From positions 245,261 through 309,260 of the forward strand of contig NW_019218070.1 in assembly GCF_002571385.2 (NCBI RefSeq): a stretch of DNA of 64,000 bases, given 5' to 3'. Every line of letters starts with the position of its first letter. Positions within the stretch are counted from its first letter, which is position 1. A model generated the notes under the pieces. It was not told where the DNA came from. It worked only from the letters and a program-made list of their open reading frames with translations, and did not search any database. Below are positions 59,321 to 64,000 of the stretch, one piece after another. The DNA is from Stylophora pistillata. Taxonomy: Eukaryota. The position numbers were made by a program, and so were the translations under genes.

Positions 59321-61542
59321 ATATTTCTACCTTGCAGCTTTTCTGTTCGATAGCATGCTCCTTGAAGGTAAGAACAAAATGATGCTTCTTCTTGTTTTAC
59401 TACTGTAATTGTTTTTCATAATGATTACACTTTTATTAATTTTATTTAGACACAGAGAAAATTTTATTTTGTTTAAAATAGTTAACAAATGAAGTATGCT
59501 GATGTTATTTCATAACTCTTATCAATAGTTTTTTCTTCACTTACATGGTAAGTACCTCGAGAAAATAAAACTACCACAGCCAATAAAGATGAAAAGCAGA
59601 AATCGAGTTTTTCTTCTACAAGTTTTTGCTACCTTTTGAAAAATAATAACGCAATATCGTATAAGTAATGACCATCGTTAACTTTCACGATCAGAGTAAT
59701 TATTTCAAGTCCTTGCAACAAGTTTTTTAGAAGTAATCATTTCAATCTCACTGGTTCGAATCTCTGTCCAATTGCAACCAAATTGTAAGTAACGTTATTT
59801 CTCCGTGTAACAACTCTTCGTCATGTTTGTGTGAGAAGCCGAACAAAGTCCGGTGTGATCTCAAAAAGGATCTTTTCCTGATTTTGTTTCAAGGTGTTGA
59901 TTCAGCCAGTCGTCAAAATGCAGGGAAGACTAAGTCTACTTCCTCTCCGTCTCCGCACAGCTAAATGTAATCAAAAGATAAAAGTTTAATTGTACGGCTG
60001 ATACATGTAAATTATAAAATCAGCAGTAGGAGGTAGTTTTCAGTTCAAATTGCGTAGTTTTGCTAGTTATTTGTCAACTTTGTTCCCATTGTTTATCTCT
60101 CTTTCCAAGAGACCCTCGGGACCTTTTGGACAAGCATTTCAAGGAGATTTCGAAAAATGACCCGACGCCATTTCGGGGAAAAGAGACATGGTAAGTGTAG
60201 CTCAATACTACTAGGAAATGTATGCATTGTCATATGTAGCTTATCTAATGAGTACATCCCAAAAAAAAAAGGAAAAGAAGGAGAGGGAAGACCTTTATTT
60301 TTACTGGAACACCATGTGAGAATTCAGTAGCAAGTTCACAACTCCTGCTGTACGCTCTTTAAGTCATGTCTCGACAATAACGTCAATGCGGCGACAATTC
60401 ATTTTGATGTAATACAGCACAGACTTAAGATTAGTCTAATGTCATTAACCACGGGTTCTGTGGCTTCTTATAGCGTGACTTTTTAGCTTGCATGCCTCTG
60501 GGATTGAAAAACCTATGAACTCAAATGTGGGTTATTCTCTTCATAAAGACACATTTTAACAACAACATCAGATTAGGTAAGAAAACCGCAAATCGCAGAG
60601 CAGAAAATCGGAAATCAGCTTTATTTCACCCAGAAATGGCCGACTAACAGCCCAAAAATGAAGAGTAGTCGGTAGTGTTGTTTTAGTTGAATTATGTTCG
60701 ATGCTCCCCCTCTAACTTGTAAGTAAACATGTGGTTTGTTCATTAACTATCTAGTTGAGAAAGAGATGTTGAAACAATCAATAAACCAATTCAAAAGCAA
60801 ATATAATTACAAAATAATTGTCTTGCCACTTCAAAGTATGTGAAGCGTGATTTTGAATTGCTATCAATGATAATTATATCTGCAGCCTTACTTAGGTAAA
60901 CTGTCACGAAAGAGTGGCTCACTTTCTATTTAGCTCGTTTACTATGGATGTCTACTAACTTAGGATTTCTACGTAAATTTGTTATCTCCCATCTTGTAAC
61001 AAACTCACTGTGATTTTTTTCTCAAAAGTATCAACATATTATTAAAACAGTGAGCCGTCGATAAACACGTCATCGCAAAAGAACTTGACGCAAAAGCGAC
61101 TCTTAAAAGGTTTTCAAGAGGTCACTAGGTGTTCCTCGACGTAGAACGAGGTACTTCAGATTTAACACGAACATTAAAAAAAAAGGCTCCTGTGATCTCC
61201 TGTTTTCATTAATCTCATTCGTCAGTTATTTGCAGCAAATAAAAGAGCGTGAGATTTATGTGAGGTATTGTGTTAAAACCGTTAATTATGTAAAGTGAAT
61301 GTATCGCGTTGCGAGAAAGAGCCCTGATGATAAATTGTGTGACAAATTTTAAGAAACATGGATGTATTTCAACCAATATCTTCGGTATGATTAAAAACTT
61401 TAAAGAGTGATAAATATCATTCCACTAATATCTTTCTCTTCGGATGTTCGGTATTCTCTGTCTCTATATGAAGACTCCTCATAGTGACTCACGGACTACT
61501 TCAACAAATCTTTTGCTGACTTATCATGTCAAGTTCATGCAA

Positions 61543-61912
61543 TCACTCGTCCATTGTCAAATTTGCACTTGATGCTAAAGGCGATGACTTGCCTGCAGCA
61601 AAGTTTAAATAATGCTCAACGAGATGGAGGTAACAAAGATCGGTAAGATACAGATGATATTAAACTTTCGTTTTGTTTACCGCCAAAGCCTCCTGAAGAA
61701 ACATGCTACTTCTAACTCACTACAAATAAAGAGCTCTGACCTGTTACAAACCGCTCATCGTTTTCTTCTGGTTCTTTTTCTTTCTGCTGCATCTGTGTGA
61801 CAGTCCTCGTTGCTCCACGAAAATTGCGAAGAATCGCAATCAGCAAGATAACGACCACTGTTAACAATAACGGAACGATAACCTGTAGGATGTTTACTCT
61901 GATGAACTCCAT
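61543..61912 (-). CDS. Possible small single-pass membrane protein (~74 aa, two exons)
   Basis: MEFIRVNILQVIVPLLLTVVVILLIAILRNFRG has a TM segment followed by basic residues. A candidate donor CAG|GTCAGA near 61741 joins in phase 1 to acceptor TTTGCTGCAG near 61592 (GKSSPLASSANLTMDE-stop). Confidence 0.4.
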
Positions 61913-62997
61913 CGAGCTGCTCTGTCCCCTCTATTAACTATGGTTAGATTTAAGTTAAAAATCCTGTCCTTGTTTCTACAAATTCTGTCGGACAGACTAA
62001 GTTAAGTACCGGAAGCTGTATGTCTGTTGTCCGATAGTGTCGATGTCTGGTCGATCTTGTTATTGCTAGGTAGCTTGAGTAGTTGAGTCGATACATCATT
62101 GGTCAGTCGGTAATTCACGTATTTATCTACTGATGGGTCGAACCCAAGTTTTCTTTATTATGCTTTGTTTTTTTAAGCAAGAACCATTATGTCATATCAC
62201 ATAGCTTGAACCACTATAGGAACAAATATCACATTGACGTCAAAGAGAGCGAACTTGCTTGAGTGTTTGACCGATAGGTCGAATTTCTTAAGGAAAAAGC
62301 AGAGGGTAAATATTAGTAGCATAATGGTAAGAATGGATGATTTGCTGAAACGTGTTCAGGTCCGAGCATTTGCTGAACGTCACTGGAGTTGGTAACTGAA
62401 ACTCATTTCCTTAAAGCAAGCGATGTAAACTGCTAAGCATTTAATATGGAACTACCACTAGACAGATCACGCGATACGTATTTCCTCGGTTAGCAATGAT
62501 TCTGTTAACTGATAATGCACAGAGTACGGAAATTTTGATACTAAATAAACAATCCAAGATATGATAAATGCCTAGCCCCAAATTACTGAGCTGAACATGT
62601 GTTCATCATTTCTAAAACCATTTCCGCATCACTGGTTCAAGGTTCATTTCTTATTTTGATGGTTTGTGTAGGATGGAACAAATGTCTTGTTATGATTGGC
62701 TGCTGTTAGATGGGGTTATCTTGCCTGCTTCGACAAAAGTCTCTGATTTCGTCTCTTGGTAACATAGTTAAGACATCCGATATTCACCAGGTCAGCCACG
62801 TTTTATAATTATCGTAATTATATAATATTAATTTTATGAAAGTTTCTGATCATTTTGTTAATTAATTCTTCTCCTGACCCCAAATCGTCCTCCAAAATTG
62901 GTTAATGACCTTCCTTCTAAGTGGTTACAAAGATAAACCAAAAATACCTTTAGAAAATGAAAGCGAAAATGAAATGCAAAATGGAATTGTATGACAA

Positions 62998-63339
62998 GGC
63001 CTACTCTGGGGCCTTAAGTCGCCGTAACTTTGGGCGACTTTGGGCAATTTAAGGGACTTGAGGCGACTTAAGGTGACTTCAGGCGACTTAAAGCGACTTA
63101 AAGCGACTTAAAGCGATTTTATTTGACTGAAGTGATAAATCAAAGTTAGCATCAATCTCTCCATAAACTTTAAAAATATTTACCGATCCCGTGCAATAAA
63201 CACAATATGATTAGAGTGGGGTGAATGGGGTCAATTGGGAAGGGGGTAACCCTTATAACTTTACGTAACCAATGGCGACTTAAGGCAATTTTAGGAGACT
63301 TAAGGCGACTAAAGGCAACTTAAGGTCCAAGATTAGGCT
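62998..63339. mobile_element. MITE with internal 10-bp GGCGACTTAA repeats
   Basis: Imperfect inverted termini GCCTACTCTGGGGCCTTAAGTCGCC ... GGCAACTTAAGGTCCAAGATTAGGC, with tandem (A/G)GCGACTTAA units. Confidence 0.6.
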
Positions 63340-64000
63340 TTTGACAAGTAACGATAGATTTCTCTGGGTTTGTCTTTTATGGTAATTTCTATAATTTGTC
63401 CAATCTACATACAGTGTTTAACATCACTTATCACTTCTTTCGTAAGTATTGTTCTGGCAGCGTTTTTTTCCCTAATAAGGTCCTAATTTTCTGCTCGAAA
63501 GGTATGAATATTTTTCCTTTTAAACAACAGTACACTAAATAGCCCAATGTACTGAGACACTGATGCCAAGAGAATTTACCACGGAGGGTTCATTATAAAG
63601 TGAGGATAAAATTCCTATCTTGACTATCATCAAATCAGAAAGAAGCAATTAAACAGCGTCACAATTCACCCGTCACACTGACAGTATCGCGCTGTGTTAG
63701 AGAGCTGGATTTCATAACTCCTAATTGTGAGATCTAGCTCGAAAATATCAAGACGCGTTGTGACACGAGAAGAAACTTGGGGCTTTCAAGTTATTTCATG
63801 GTCGTTTCAGAACCTGTGTAATTTTTTTGGGTGTGTAATATTTTTGGTGAATATCGATCGTTCATCATCCTCTGTCGCACAACTATACGCTGAGATGAAC
63901 GCCCCTTGTCGAACCCTTCAAATCAATAACATTCGCCGTCTTCAGCCATAAAAGCGATATTACAGAAATTTTCGGTAAGCACGAATATTCAACGAAATCA

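Overview
This is AT-rich animal genomic DNA from a gapped draft assembly. The repeat families and gene types point to a cnidarian, most likely a stony coral (inference). Genes were reconstructed by reading splice sites by eye. From left to right: a secreted PAN-EGF-cbEGF-TLDc gene (minus strand, 3' end not found); DOLPP1 (minus) head-to-head with a ~982-aa gene made of a long disordered region plus a C-terminal gamma-glutamylcyclotransferase-like domain that lacks the catalytic Glu; then a cluster of three secreted ~200-aa genes (27.9-43.3 kb) that the ORF track shows only as fragments. These three have the five-exon, phase 1-0-0-0 architecture and four-helix pattern of long-chain class I helical cytokines (IL-6/IL-11/G-CSF/GH-like), with CNTF/LIF-like helix-D motifs. 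Two are complete, and the third has an unresolved last junction and an inverted partial duplicate. Further right are an intronless secreted Cys-rich gene with an aerolysin-type beta-pore-forming-like segment and a GPI-like tail, and a decayed Helitron-like element with 2A-like and herpes-tegument-type deubiquitinase motifs. Crypton, Penelope (hammerhead-like motif), SINE, CR1/L2 and MITE remnants are interspersed. The putative helical-cytokine cluster is the main discovery candidate.
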